A stretch of DNA of 64,000 nt from Myxococcales bacterium (GCA_016703425.1 JADJCA010000011.1:378050-442049), one strand, 5' to 3'; numbered from the stretch's first letter, positions 1 through 10,199 are shown. Notes: generated by a model from the letters alone, not told the origin. A program made the numbers and translations.

Positions 1-1027
1 CTCCGACGATCGCGGTCCGCCCGGACCGCGGTCGCCTCGCTCGATACGGCGCCTCCGTGGAGGACGTCCTGTCGGTCGTGCAAGCGGCACGCGTGGGCAT
101 TCCTGTCGGCCTCATCTACGAGGGACAGCGCCGCTTTGACCTCAGGCTCTTCGTGCCGCCCCGCTCCTCGACGCCGGAGGCCATGGGAGAGCTCTTCGTC
201 GAGGCGGGGGGAACGACGGTACCGCTCTCCGAGGTGGCAACGGTTGAGGAGACCGAAGGCCCAACGCAGATCCGACGAGAAGCGCTGACGCGAACGGTCC
301 GCGTAGAGGTGAACCTGAGGGACGCGACCTCGTCTCATGGGTCGCCGAGGCCCGCGCACGTGTTGCCAATGAGGTCTCCTTGCCGCCGGGCTACGAGATC
401 TCGTGGGGTGGGCAATTCGAGAATTTCGAGCGCGCCAAGAAGCGCCTCGCGGTTGTCGTTCCCATGGCCCTCGTGATCATCTTCGGCATGCTCCTGTGGA
501 TGTTCGGCGAGACGCGCTACGCGGTAAGCGTCTTCGTCGTGGTGCCCTTCGCGCTCGTCGGCGGCATCCTCGGGCTCGTGACGCGAGGGCTGTCGTTCAG
601 CATCCCGGCCGCCGTCGGCTTCATCGCGCTAGCCGGGGTTTCGGTCCTCAATGGGGTGGTGCTGGCAAGCGAAGTGAAGCGGCGCTTCGAGCACGGCGCG
701 ACGGCATGGGACGCCACCGTCGAGGGATCTGTTCACTCGATGCGTGCAGTCCTCACGACGGGCGCGGTGGCGGCACTCGGCTTCCTGCCGATGGCCATCG
801 CGACCGGCGCCGGGGCCGAAGTGCAGCGCCCCCTCGCGACGGTCGTCATCTCGGGCATCTTCATGTCAACCGCGCTCACGATGTTCCTCCTGCCAGGCCT
901 CATCGAGGTCGCCCTCCGGGCCAAGCGCGAGGAGTTCAAACCCATCACGAGCGTGATGCCGCCGTCGCAGCGGCAACCGGGCAAGTACGTGCCGCCGGAC
1001 GATGCCGACCTGGGTGCCAAGCGCTAG
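1..1027 (+). CDS. RND heavy-metal efflux pump, CzcA/CusA family, C-terminal part (5' end cut by window); reading frame switches once near 319-323
   Basis: Frame 3 from nt 3 reads [22 protein letters not shown]...VNLR. A shift of one base then reads [43 protein letters not shown] and the C-terminal TM helices of an RND pump. ORFs 57..476 and 380..1027 are its two halves. The missing base is in the aggg run at 319-322. Confidence 0.8.
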
Positions 1028-1094
1028 CTAGACCGGTTCACATTCACACGATGCGAGGCTGGGGCTCTAGACCGTCACGCACAAGCCGTTCCGG

Positions 1095-2081
1095 CTACGT
1101 GCCCGGTCTCAGCCGATAGACAATCGCCACGACGACCACGACCCACAGGACCAGGTTCAAGACGAAGGGCACGTCGCGGAGCATCTCTTGCGTGGGGCTC
1201 TCGCTCTTGAGGCCGCGACCGCCGCGACCCGACACGAGGTACAAGAAGCGCAAGATCCCGAAGACCGTGAACGGCGCCGTGATCCACAAGAGCTTCGAGT
1301 TGAAGAACAGCTGCGTCGCCGGATCGAGCGTGTAGGCCACGTAGGTGACGACGGTGGCGCCGCCGGCGAGACCCAGGGCGACGTTGAGCGCCCCCGGCGT
1401 GTAGGCCTCGAGGGCCGCGCGCTGCTTGCCGGCATTCTCATTGGCCAGCTCGTGGCGACGCTTGCCGAACCCCAAGAAGAGCGCCAACAGCGCGGTCGAC
1501 GCGAGCATGTAGAGGCTCGGCGTCACGTTCGTCGCGAGGCCGCCGGCGACGACGCGAAGGACGAAGCCGAAGGCAATCAGTCCCACGTCGAGGTAGGCGA
1601 CCTTCTTGAGCTTGAACGTGTAAGCCAGGTTCTCGACGAAATAGACGAGCGCCACGACGCCGAACATTGCGTTCAGCAAGAACGCCATCCCCAGCGAGAC
1701 CACCACGAGCAAGACGGCCATGGTGCGGGCGAGGCTCTCGGGCACTTCGCCGCTCGCGATGGGGCGCTCTCGCTTCACCGGGTGAACCCGATCGGCCTCG
1801 ACGTCCACGAGGTCGTTGATCGTGTAAACGGCGCCCGCCAAGAGGCAGAACACCGCTGTTGCCGCCAGCGCCTTGCCGGTGACGGCGAGGTTCAGAGCGG
1901 GCCCCACGGGCGTGCTCAAGAACACGCTCTTGTGGAAGAACATCGGAGCGAGAACGAAGAGGTTTTTCACCCACTGGTGAGGCCTCACCGTCCGGACGAG
2001 CCCGGCGATCACGGCGGCACCATAGCGCTTTCGACGAACCCCGTCTCGTTTCCTTCTGTCGGCAGCCGCGCCAGAGCCCAT
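1095..2081 (-). CDS. UbiA-family prenyltransferase (decaprenyl-phosphate phosphoribosyltransferase-like)
   Basis: 328 aa polytopic membrane protein with RPHQWVKNLFVLAP and NDLVDVEADR motifs typical of UbiA / 5-phosphoribosyl-1-pyrophosphate:polyprenyl-phosphate phosphoribosyltransferase enzymes. Confidence 0.7.
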   Translation of the reverse strand: MGSGAAADRRKRDGVRRKRYGAAVIAGLVRTVRPHQWVKNLFVLAPMFFHKSVFLSTPVGPALNLAVTGKALAATAVFCLLAGAVYTINDLVDVEADRVHPVKRERPIASGEVPESLARTMAVLLVVVSLGMAFLLNAMFGVVALVYFVENLAYTFKLKKVAYLDVGLIAFGFVLRVVAGGLATNVTPSLYMLASTALLALFLGFGKRRHELANENAGKQRAALEAYTPGALNVALGLAGGATVVTYVAYTLDPATQLFFNSKLLWITAPFTVFGILRFLYLVSGRGGRGLKSESPTQEMLRDVPFVLNLVLWVVVVVAIVYRLRPGT

Positions 2082-2211
2082 GCGGGGCGGTCCCCAACGG
2101 GCCCGCCGCGGCTGTGCGGCCTTCGTCGAACCTGCGCACCGAGGTCCCTCGCGCAGCGACGCGCTTGGTGCTTTGCCGAAGGCTCGTTACTGTCTGTGCG
2201 TGTTTTCCTCG

Positions 2212-5200
2212 ATGAAGCGGCCGAGCGCTCTCGCCGCGTGGACCCTCGCTCTCGGTTTCTCCGCGTTCCCTTGCGGGGCCGAGGCCAGCACGAAGCCGGC
2301 GCGCCTCGCACGAATCGCTGAGCTGCGCGACGCGGCCGGTCGCGGCGCGCCACGCGCCTACGTCGCGTTGCGTGAGCTTTGGCAGGAGTGGGATCAGGGT
2401 GATCCGCGCGAAGTGGAAGAGGCGCTCCGCGACGTCGCCGCCGACAAGTCCATCGCGCCGCCCGTTCGAAGCTACGGCGCGCTGCTCGCTGCCTACGCGC
2501 GCCGCCGCCGCGGCGACCTCGACGGCGCCGAGAGCCAGATCAGAAAGCTCGGGTTCGTCTCGGCCTGGCAGGTCGTGGGCCCCTTCGACAACGAAGGCAA
2601 GACGGGCCTCGCCCGCGCCTTCGAGCCAGAGGTCAGCGCCGAGTCTCCCTCGGCGGCAAAGAGCTACGACGGCAAGGAGCGTCCGGTGCGGTGGCGGCTC
2701 CTTCCGAGCGGCGCGCCGTTCGGTTGGATTGATCTCGGCAACGTGATTCGACCCGCGGAAAAGGGCTGCAGCTACGCGTCGACGTACGTCCGCGACAGAA
2801 CGCTGGCGGACGGGAAGAGTCGCGCCATTTCGCTGTGGGCGGGGAGCGCCGGAGCCTTCAAGCTCTTCTGGAACGGGCAAGAGGTCATGGTCGACCCCAA
2901 GTACCGCTCGCTCGACGCTGACCGGCAGGCCGCCGCGGTGGTCCTCGAAGGCGGCTGGAACCGGCTGCTCGTCAAGGTGTGCGGCGAAGAAGACGCGCCG
3001 CTCTTCTCGGTGCGACTCGCCGACGACAAGGGCGCGCCCGACGAGCGGCTCGAAAGCAGCGGAGACGCCGCCCACCACGCGGCCGCAGCGACGAAGAAGG
3101 GCAGGCGCGCGCCTTCGCTCCTCGCCGGCCCCATCGACGCCTTCGAGCGCGCGGCAAAGGGCGAGAGCGCCGAGGCCCTCGAGGCCTACGCGCGCTACCT
3201 GGTCTTGTCGTTGGCCGACGACCCGGCGGAGCGAAAGGCCCGCGAGCTGGCTCGAAAGGCCGCCGAGCGCGGGCCGTCGGTCTCACGCTTGCTCCTTGCC
3301 GGCGAGCTCGCCGAGAGCCGCAATCAGCGGGCCCAATGGATCGAGCGCGCCGAGGCGATGGTCGCCAAAGGCGGCGCCACGGGCGGCGTCTCGGAGCGCG
3401 ATCGCATCGCCGTCTTGCACGCGCGAGCCGCGCACGCGCGGAGCGGCGTGTATTTCCGCGACGCGATGCCCTTCTACGATCGCATCCTGGCGCAAGATCC
3501 CGACGACGTGACGGCGCTCTTGGCCCGCTTCGAGCTCTACCTCGAGGCCGACCTCGCGAGCACGGCGACGACGCTGCTGGAACGCGCCGTGACGAGAAGG
3601 CCGCGAAGCGTGGCGCTCCTGCGCGCGCTCGCGTCGTCGCTGCGGCAGCAAGGCCGCGTCGCCGAGGCCACAGAGATCGAAGAGCGCTACGCCCAGCTCC
3701 GCTTCGACGACCCCGGTTACCTGCGGGACCGCATCGAATTGGCCGTCGCACGCCGCGACAAGGCGTCCGCCGCGCGCCTCCGCGAACGACTCATGAGGGT
3801 CATGCCCGATCACTTGCCCACGCTCCTTTGGGTCGCGCGGAGCGCCCTCCAGCTCGGCGAGCCGGAGCGGGCGCTCCCCCTCCTCAGGCGATGCCTCGAG
3901 CTTGCCCCCGAAGACATCGACGCGCTCCGCGCCTTGGCCGACGCAAACTCGGTCCTCGGCAAGCGCGACGAGCAACTGGCGCTGCTCCGTAAGGTCTTGG
4001 TCCTCAAGCCTCAGGCGAAGGAGGTCCGCGAGTACCTCTCGCAGCTCGAGCCGGAGCGGCCCAGGCCCGATGAAGCCTACGCGCGCCCCTCCAGCGAGTT
4101 CCTCAAGCTGCGCGGAGCGCCGGCCGACGGCGCAAGTCAGCGGACGCTCTCCAGCCTGCGAGTCACCACGGTGTACCCGAACGGCCTCGCGAGTCGCTTC
4201 AACCAGCTCGTGTGGCAGCCGCTGACGGAGAGCGCCGCCCAGGAGGCGCGCCAATACGCGTTCACCTACGAAGCCGACAGCGAAACGGTGCAGCTGCGCG
4301 GCGCACGCGTCTTTCGCAAGAGCGGCGCCGTGGAGGAGGCCGTCGACGTCGGCGAGGGCCCGGCCAACAACCCCGCCATGGTGATGTACACCAGCGGCCG
4401 CACCGTTTACGTGCGCTTTGCACGCGTCGAGGTGGGCGATGTCGTAGAGCTTCGCTACCGACAGGAAGACGTCAGCGCCCGCAACGCCTTCGCCGACTAC
4501 TTCGGCGAGGTCACGACCTTCCCGTCGAACGAGCCCGTGGCGCGCGCCGAATACGTGCTCATCACGCCGAAGTCCCGCACGTTCCATTTCAACGAGCCTC
4601 GCGTCGCGGGCCTCAAGCGAACCTCCACAGAAGGCGGGAGCGAGCGCATCGACCGCTTCGTGGCCGAGAATCTGGCGCCGCTCCCTCCTGAGCCGCTGCA
4701 GCCGCCTTACAGCGAGCTCTTGGGGTACGTGCACGTCTCGACCTACAAGTCGTGGGAAGACGTGGGCCGCTGGTACTGGGGCCTCGTCAAAGATCAGTTC
4801 GTCGCCGACGACGAGGTTCGCCGCCGCACGCAGGAGATCACCAAGGGCCTCACGGATCCGCGCGCCAAAGTGAAGGCGGTCTACAACTGGGTCGTCCAGA
4901 AGACGCGCTACGTCGCCCTGGAGTTCGGCATCCACGGCTTCAAGCCCTACCGCTGCGCCCAAATTTTCGCGCGAGGCTTCGGCGACTGCAAAGACAAGGC
5001 GACGCTGATCGTGACCATGCTGAAAGAGCTTGGGATCCCGGCCACCATCGTCATCGTGAGGACCGGCATGCGCGGCGACTTCGACGAGAAGCCGGCGAGC
5101 CTCGCGCCGTTCGATCACGCCATCGCTTACGTGCCGAGCATGGACCTCTACCTCGACGGCACCGCCGAATGGACCGGCTCCTCGGAGCTTCCAGCCATGG

Positions 5201-5901
5201 ACCGGGGAGCGTTGGCGCTTCAGATCAACGAGGGAAACGCGAAGCTCGTCCGCTTGCCCGACGCGCCCGCCGCGGAGAGCGTCTCATCCAAGACCATCGA
5301 GGTGAACCTCGAAGCCGACGGCAAGGCAACCATCGACCTCCGCGCCGAGGTCACCGGCGTTTCTGCGCCAGGTTTTCGCGAGCGCTACCACGCGACCTCG
5401 ACGCGCAAGGCTCGCTTGCAGGAGGATCTGTCGCAGGAGGTCCCGGGCCTCGAGGTCGCCGCCGTCGAGGCCAACGACCTCTTGAACCTCGAGGAGAAGG
5501 TCTCGCTCCGGGTTCGCGGCAAGTCGTCGATCGTGGGAAAGCGAGAAGGCGACCGCTTGAGCCTCGCCGTGGGTCCGCGCGAGTCCATGGTCCGCGACTA
5601 CGCGGCCCTCTCGCGGCGCTCGACGGACCTCAGGTTGCGCGCCCGCTCGACCACCGAACAAGCTTGGAAGGTGAAGCTGCCGCCGGGCATGAAGGTGGCC
5701 GACCTGCCGGCGGCCCAAAGCGGGACGACCCCCTTCGGCAGCTACCGGCTACGCGTCGAACAGACCGGCAACGTCGTCTCCGTCAGCACGACGGTCACGC
5801 TCGACAAGAGCCGCATCAAGGCCTCGGAATACGGGGCGTTCCGCACGTTCTGCGAGAGCGCCGATCGCGCGCTCGGTCAACGGCTCGTGCTCGCCCGATG
5901 A
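2212..5901 (+). CDS. Secreted TPR / DUF3857 / transglutaminase-like protein with an intact catalytic triad
   Basis: ATG at 2212 gives signal peptide MKRPSALAAWTLALGFSAFPCGAEA. N-terminal TPR-like repeats, DUF3857-like segment (VVELRYRQEDVSARNAFADYFGEVTTF), and transglutaminase core GFGDCKDKA...FDHAIAYV...LDGT (Cys-His-Asp). Confidence 0.75.
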   Translation: MKRPSALAAWTLALGFSAFPCGAEASTKPARLARIAELRDAAGRGAPRAYVALRELWQEWDQGDPREVEEALRDVAADKSIAPPVRSYGALLAAYARRRRGDLDGAESQIRKLGFVSAWQVVGPFDNEGKTGLARAFEPEVSAESPSAAKSYDGKERPVRWRLLPSGAPFGWIDLGNVIRPAEKGCSYASTYVRDRTLADGKSRAISLWAGSAGAFKLFWNGQEVMVDPKYRSLDADRQAAAVVLEGGWNRLLVKVCGEEDAPLFSVRLADDKGAPDERLESSGDAAHHAAAATKKGRRAPSLLAGPIDAFERAAKGESAEALEAYARYLVLSLADDPAERKARELARKAAERGPSVSRLLLAGELAESRNQRAQWIERAEAMVAKGGATGGVSERDRIAVLHARAAHARSGVYFRDAMPFYDRILAQDPDDVTALLARFELYLEADLASTATTLLERAVTRRPRSVALLRALASSLRQQGRVAEATEIEERYAQLRFDDPGYLRDRIELAVARRDKASAARLRERLMRVMPDHLPTLLWVARSALQLGEPERALPLLRRCLELAPEDIDALRALADANSVLGKRDEQLALLRKVLVLKPQAKEVREYLSQLEPERPRPDEAYARPSSEFLKLRGAPADGASQRTLSSLRVTTVYPNGLASRFNQLVWQPLTESAAQEARQYAFTYEADSETVQLRGARVFRKSGAVEEAVDVGEGPANNPAMVMYTSGRTVYVRFARVEVGDVVELRYRQEDVSARNAFADYFGEVTTFPSNEPVARAEYVLITPKSRTFHFNEPRVAGLKRTSTEGGSERIDRFVAENLAPLPPEPLQPPYSELLGYVHVSTYKSWEDVGRWYWGLVKDQFVADDEVRRRTQEITKGLTDPRAKVKAVYNWVVQKTRYVALEFGIHGFKPYRCAQIFARGFGDCKDKATLIVTMLKELGIPATIVIVRTGMRGDFDEKPASLAPFDHAIAYVPSMDLYLDGTAEWTGSSELPAMDRGALALQINEGNAKLVRLPDAPAAESVSSKTIEVNLEADGKATIDLRAEVTGVSAPGFRERYHATSTRKARLQEDLSQEVPGLEVAAVEANDLLNLEEKVSLRVRGKSSIVGKREGDRLSLAVGPRESMVRDYAALSRRSTDLRLRARSTTEQAWKVKLPPGMKVADLPAAQSGTTPFGSYRLRVEQTGNVVSVSTTVTLDKSRIKASEYGAFRTFCESADRALGQRLVLAR

Positions 5902-6302
5902 CGTTCCGCGCGGCCTCCCCCGCTTGCCCCGCCTGCGGCGCGCTCGTGTCGAGCCGCGTCCTGTTCGACGTCGCCGTTCTGCGATGCCCGTCGTGCAACG
6001 GCGCCTGGCTCGATGGCTTGGCGATGACCGCCGCTTCGCTGGATCGCCGTGAGCCGCGCGCGTCGGCCCTTCGCGCCCTTCCCTGTGTGCGCTGCGGCGC
6101 TCCGCTGACGGAGCCCGACGGCCTTCACGAGCTCGCTGCTTGCGGCGCCGGCTGCGGCGTCTTCGTCCCGGCGGCCGCGGCGGACGCGCTGCTCTCGCGC
6201 ACGGGACACGGCACGCTCCCGCCACCGGCGCCGCACCTCGTCCGTATCTTGGCTATCGTCCGCGCGCTCGAGCGCGAACCCCGAAGCGAGTCCCCATCAT
6301 GA
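5898..6302 (+). CDS. Double zinc-ribbon protein (CPAC..CPSC and CVRC..CGAGC)
   Basis: 134 aa. ATG overlaps the upstream stop (ATGA at 5898-5901) and its own stop overlaps the downstream ATG (6299-6302). Four CxxC-type pairs. Confidence 0.6.
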   Translation: MTFRAASPACPACGALVSSRVLFDVAVLRCPSCNGAWLDGLAMTAASLDRREPRASALRALPCVRCGAPLTEPDGLHELAACGAGCGVFVPAAAADALLSRTGHGTLPPPAPHLVRILAIVRALEREPRSESPS

Positions 6303-9300
6303 GCCGTCCCCGCCACCCACGAGCGCTTACCGTTTCCCGCGTTCTGCTCGCCGTGCTCGCCACAGCCACCAGCGTCGGCTGCGCCGGCGCCGCTGCCGAC
6401 GGAAGCGCGAAGACCTCGGCAGAGTCCTCGAGAGCCGTTCGGTCGCTCGCCACGCTCCGCGAAGACGCGGGCGACGGGGCTGAGGCCCTTGGCCTGTTGG
6501 CCCTGGGAGAGATGATCTTGCCGGGCGGGGATCGCACAAGAGCCGTGAGCGCGATCCAGCGACTCGAACAAGACGGCGCGCGCGGCCACCTCGCGGCGCT
6601 CGCGCGAGGCCTCCACGCCGAGATGCACGGCCGCCCCACCGCCGCCGCCGACGCGTACGTGCAGGCGCTCCTGGCCGCGAAGGAGAGCGCCGAAGAAGAC
6701 GTCGCTGTCACCGCGTGGTTCGCGGCGCACCGTATCGGGCAGTTGCGGTCGAGCGTCGCGGGTGTCCTCGAGAAGTACCGACGCGTCTTCGAGGCGCTCA
6801 CCGTGGCGCCGGGCCAGCTCGGGTGGCGGGCCGTCGCCGAGCTCCTCGACTTCACGCTCGCCGCCGAACAAGCGAAGGCCGAAGGAGAAGGCGCCGCGGC
6901 CGCCGAACGCATCGCGGCGCGCGTCGGCTGCGCAAGGCCGGTTCGACTGGCGGGCCCCTTCGGAGCTGGGAACGCCGCGTCCCGACGACGCCACTACGCG
7001 GCGGAGCGTCCCGGACCTTGGCCGCCAGTATTCGCCGACGATCCCATCCGAGGCACCACGCCTCGCGTCCTTCGGACGGACCAGCCGCGCTGCCACGCCA
7101 CGGCTGCCGAGGAGACCGAGGCCGGCGTCTTCTACGCGGAGACCTTCTTCACCGCCGCCGAAGAGACGGATCTCATCGTCGCCGCGCAAGGTGCGCTGGC
7201 CGTCTTCATCAACGACGCCCCGGTCCTCGATCGCGATCTACGTGAATGGGGCGTGTGGCAGCGCTTCGGCGCCCGCATCGTCGTTCCCAAGGGTCGCCAC
7301 CGCGTCGTCGTCCGCTTGCTCGGCGACGGCACGACGCTGCGATTTCTTCGCCCCGACGGCCGCCCCGCCGCCGTCACCACCGACGGCGATCCTGAGAAGG
7401 CCTACTCATCGGTGCCGGCCCGGGTGCTCGCCGATCCCAACCCCATCGACGCCATCGTGCGACGTCGCGGCGAGAAGGACGGGCTCCGCGCCTTCTTCGC
7501 CGCCTACGTCGCGCACGTCGAGTCGATGGACGACGTGGCCGCCGCGCTCCTCGAGCCGCTCGTCTTGCCGGAGGACGCCGCCGGCATCGCGCTGGAGCTG
7601 GGCGCGCTCTACGCGCGCGGCGACACCGCGTACCCCGACGACGCCAAGCGCCGGAATGAACGCGGCCTTCGGACGCGGGCCGCGGCGCGCGACCCGGGCC
7701 TTTGGTACTCGCGGGCGTGGCTCGCCATCGACTCCGGTGAGCAACGGGGCGGCGTCGAGGCGGTCGTGCCGCTCTTGGCGCTCTCACGAGAATTTCCCGA
7801 AGTCCCCGACGTGGCCGAAGGGCTCGCGCGCCTCTACGGTCGCCTCGGCTGGCGCGGCGAGCGGCTCGCGACGCTGAAGACGATTGGCGCGCGGTTCCCC
7901 GACGACACCTCGGGCCTTCGCATGCTGCTCGCGGCCCTCGACGAGGAGGGCCCGCCGGCGGAGGCCGACGCGCTTGCCGCCCGAATCCAGAAGCTCGACC
8001 CGGACGCCGAGTTGGCGGTCGACCGCGCGCTCGCGAAGCACGATTTCCAAGGCGCCATCGCGGAGCTTCGCCGCATCCAGAAGCGGCGCCCCGACAAGAA
8101 GGACCTCGCGGGCCGCATCGCGCAGGTCCTCGAACAAAGCGGCGATCCCGCGGCAGCGGCCAAGCAGCTCGCGCTCGCGCTCGAGCGCGACCGCAACAAC
8201 GCGAAGGCGCGCTTTCGCCTCGCCGACCGGGCGCTGGCCCGCGGCGATGAGGCGGCGCTTCGTCGTGCCCTCGCCGAATCGCTCGAGGCCGGCGCCGCAA
8301 CGAGTGATCTGCGCGACGCCATCGCGCTCGTCGAAGGCGCCACGCACCTTGAGGGCTACCGCATCGACGGCCGCGCCGTGCTTCGCGAATTTGATCGCTG
8401 GGAGAAGAGCGGCAAGAAGATGGATGGCACCGCGGCGCGCATCCTCGACTACGCGGCCCTCTGGGTTCATCCCGACGGGACGAGCGAGATGCTCGAGCAC
8501 GAGATCCAGCGCATCCAGTCGCAAGAGGCCGTCTCGAAGGAGGCCGAACAGCCGCCGCCGGAAGGCCTCGTCTTGCGCATGCGGGTCATCAAGAAGGACG
8601 GCAGCGTCCTTGAGCCCGAGCTCGTGGCCGGCAAGCCCACCGTGACGATGCCTCACCTCGAGATCGGCGACGTCGTCGAGACCGAGCGCATCATCCAGAC
8701 GAGCAGCGACGGCGACCCGCGGCGGTATCGAAGCCCGCACTGGTTCTTCCGCGAAGCCGACAAGGGCTATTGGCGGAGCGAGTTCGTGACCGTCACGCCG
8801 AAGGGCAAGGCCCTCGAGATCGAGACCCGCGGCAAGGTGCCGGCGCCGACCAAGAGGTCGCTCGGCGCCTTCGTCGAGCACCGCTTCCGCGTCGACGAGA
8901 GCCCGCCGGCGGTCATCGAACCGGATGCTCCGCGGCCCGTGGAGTTCCTTCCGAGCGTACGCATCGGTTGGGGCATCGATCTCGAGTCGACGCTCTTGCG
9001 CCTCGTCGACGTTGGCACCGACGAGACACCGCTCGACCCGCGCCTCGGCGCCATCGCCGCCACCATCGTCCGCGACGCGCCGGCCTCCGATCCGATGGAG
9101 CGGGCGCGACGCGTCTACCGATGGGTCCTGTCGGCCGTCGAAGAGGGCAACGAGAACGACGGGCGCCGCGCCGTGCTCGCGCGACGTGGCAGCCGCCAAG
9201 CTGCGTTCGTGCACTTGGTCCGGCAGCTCGGAATGAACGTCTCGCTCGCCATCGCGAAAAACCGCCTGGCGATGCCCGCGCTCGGAAAGATGAGCGAGGT

Positions 9301-10129
9301 CGAAAATTGGGACAGCTTGGTGTTGCGCCTCGAGCCTCCCAAGAACGCGACGAAGGCGCCGCCTCCCGCGCAGTGGATGGTCGTGCGCGACAAGTTCACC
9401 CCCTTTGGCTTCGTGCCTCCCGAGCTCCGAGGGCAACAGGCCATCGTGCTCGCCGCCGGCGCGCCGCGCGTCACCTTGCCGAGCGAGGGCTCCTCCGACG
9501 GGGTCTTCTTCGAAGGGCGCGCCGTCGTCCGGGAAGACGGCGGCGCGAGCCTCGAGCTCGCGCAACGATACGGCGGTCGCATCGCGACGCAGATGCGCGG
9601 CGTGCTCGATCGCATCGCGCCGGGCCAGCTACGCGATTTCGTGGAGACGCGCCTCGTCGGCCGGACCTTCTCCGGCGCGCGTATCAAGGACGTTGTCGTC
9701 GAACACAAGGACGATCTCGACCTCCCGATCACCATCCGCGTCACAGCCGACGTCCCTGAGCTCGTGCGACGCGGCGAACGAACGAGCGTCCTCAAGCCGG
9801 TTTTTCCCATCAAGCTCGTCCAACTCGCTTCGCTTCCGGCGCGAGAGACGCCGCTGCTCTTGCCGACGTCGTCGCACGCCGAGGTCCTGTTCAAGGTCGT
9901 CTTTCCCGAAACGTGGCGGATGCCGTCGAGCCTTCCGCCGGGCGAAGTGAAGGACGGCGAGCGCTGGGTCACAGTCAACGACCGTGTCGAAGGGCACACC
10001 ATCACGCTCGACCGGAAGGTCGAGGTGCCCGCGGGGCGCGTCGCGCCCGGCGGCGACTACGCCGCGCTCCTCAAGTTCACGCGCGACGGCGACGCGCTCC
10101 TCGAACGCGAGGTCGCCGTCGGACGGTGA
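6299..10129 (+). CDS. Secreted lipoprotein, TPR / DUF3857 / transglutaminase-like paralog with degenerate (catalytically dead) core
   Basis: ATG 6299 gives MSRPRHPRALTVSRVLLAVLATATSVGC, a lipobox. Same architecture as 2212..5901, but the transglutaminase Cys position reads RGSRQAAF and the His position reads NWDSL, so the triad is lost. The 1329-aa ORF's upstream extension is Arg-rich read-through. Confidence 0.7.
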   Translation: MSRPRHPRALTVSRVLLAVLATATSVGCAGAAADGSAKTSAESSRAVRSLATLREDAGDGAEALGLLALGEMILPGGDRTRAVSAIQRLEQDGARGHLAALARGLHAEMHGRPTAAADAYVQALLAAKESAEEDVAVTAWFAAHRIGQLRSSVAGVLEKYRRVFEALTVAPGQLGWRAVAELLDFTLAAEQAKAEGEGAAAAERIAARVGCARPVRLAGPFGAGNAASRRRHYAAERPGPWPPVFADDPIRGTTPRVLRTDQPRCHATAAEETEAGVFYAETFFTAAEETDLIVAAQGALAVFINDAPVLDRDLREWGVWQRFGARIVVPKGRHRVVVRLLGDGTTLRFLRPDGRPAAVTTDGDPEKAYSSVPARVLADPNPIDAIVRRRGEKDGLRAFFAAYVAHVESMDDVAAALLEPLVLPEDAAGIALELGALYARGDTAYPDDAKRRNERGLRTRAAARDPGLWYSRAWLAIDSGEQRGGVEAVVPLLALSREFPEVPDVAEGLARLYGRLGWRGERLATLKTIGARFPDDTSGLRMLLAALDEEGPPAEADALAARIQKLDPDAELAVDRALAKHDFQGAIAELRRIQKRRPDKKDLAGRIAQVLEQSGDPAAAAKQLALALERDRNNAKARFRLADRALARGDEAALRRALAESLEAGAATSDLRDAIALVEGATHLEGYRIDGRAVLREFDRWEKSGKKMDGTAARILDYAALWVHPDGTSEMLEHEIQRIQSQEAVSKEAEQPPPEGLVLRMRVIKKDGSVLEPELVAGKPTVTMPHLEIGDVVETERIIQTSSDGDPRRYRSPHWFFREADKGYWRSEFVTVTPKGKALEIETRGKVPAPTKRSLGAFVEHRFRVDESPPAVIEPDAPRPVEFLPSVRIGWGIDLESTLLRLVDVGTDETPLDPRLGAIAATIVRDAPASDPMERARRVYRWVLSAVEEGNENDGRRAVLARRGSRQAAFVHLVRQLGMNVSLAIAKNRLAMPALGKMSEVENWDSLVLRLEPPKNATKAPPPAQWMVVRDKFTPFGFVPPELRGQQAIVLAAGAPRVTLPSEGSSDGVFFEGRAVVREDGGASLELAQRYGGRIATQMRGVLDRIAPGQLRDFVETRLVGRTFSGARIKDVVVEHKDDLDLPITIRVTADVPELVRRGERTSVLKPVFPIKLVQLASLPARETPLLLPTSSHAEVLFKVVFPETWRMPSSLPPGEVKDGERWVTVNDRVEGHTITLDRKVEVPAGRVAPGGDYAALLKFTRDGDALLEREVAVGR

Positions 10130-10166
10130 CCCGACGGGCGGCGCGCGGCCCGCTTGCGCGTGCCGT

Positions 10167-10189
10167 TGGTAGGCGCTACGCGCGCTTAC
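10167..10189. terminator. Candidate bidirectional hairpin terminator between convergent genes
   Basis: ggtaggcgc-tacgc-gcgcttacc gives a 9-bp stem (one G-U wobble) and 5-nt loop. It lies between the stop at 10129 (+) and the stop at 10200 (-). The downstream tract is only weakly U-rich (ttgctg), as usual for high-GC genomes. Confidence 0.4.
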
Positions 10190-10199
10190 CTTGCTGCGC

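Noticed and set aside
403-1119. Arg/Pro/Ala-rich ORFs in alternative frames or antisense to real genes (e.g. 403..1119, 1188..2321, 1438..3078, 2979..3992, 3283..5118, 6125..7189, 7374..8300, 7784..9565, 8770..9759 and many similar)
   Set aside because: These are typical high-GC frame artefacts. They are low-complexity RRRR/PRPR-type translations that fully overlap ORFs with clear family motifs and good codon periodicity. None has a recognisable domain.
4752-6302. 516-aa ORF spanning the end of the large transglutaminase-like gene
   Set aside because: Only the last 134 aa (5898..6302, the zinc-ribbon protein) are real. The upstream part is Arg-rich read-through overlapping gene 2212..5901 in another frame.
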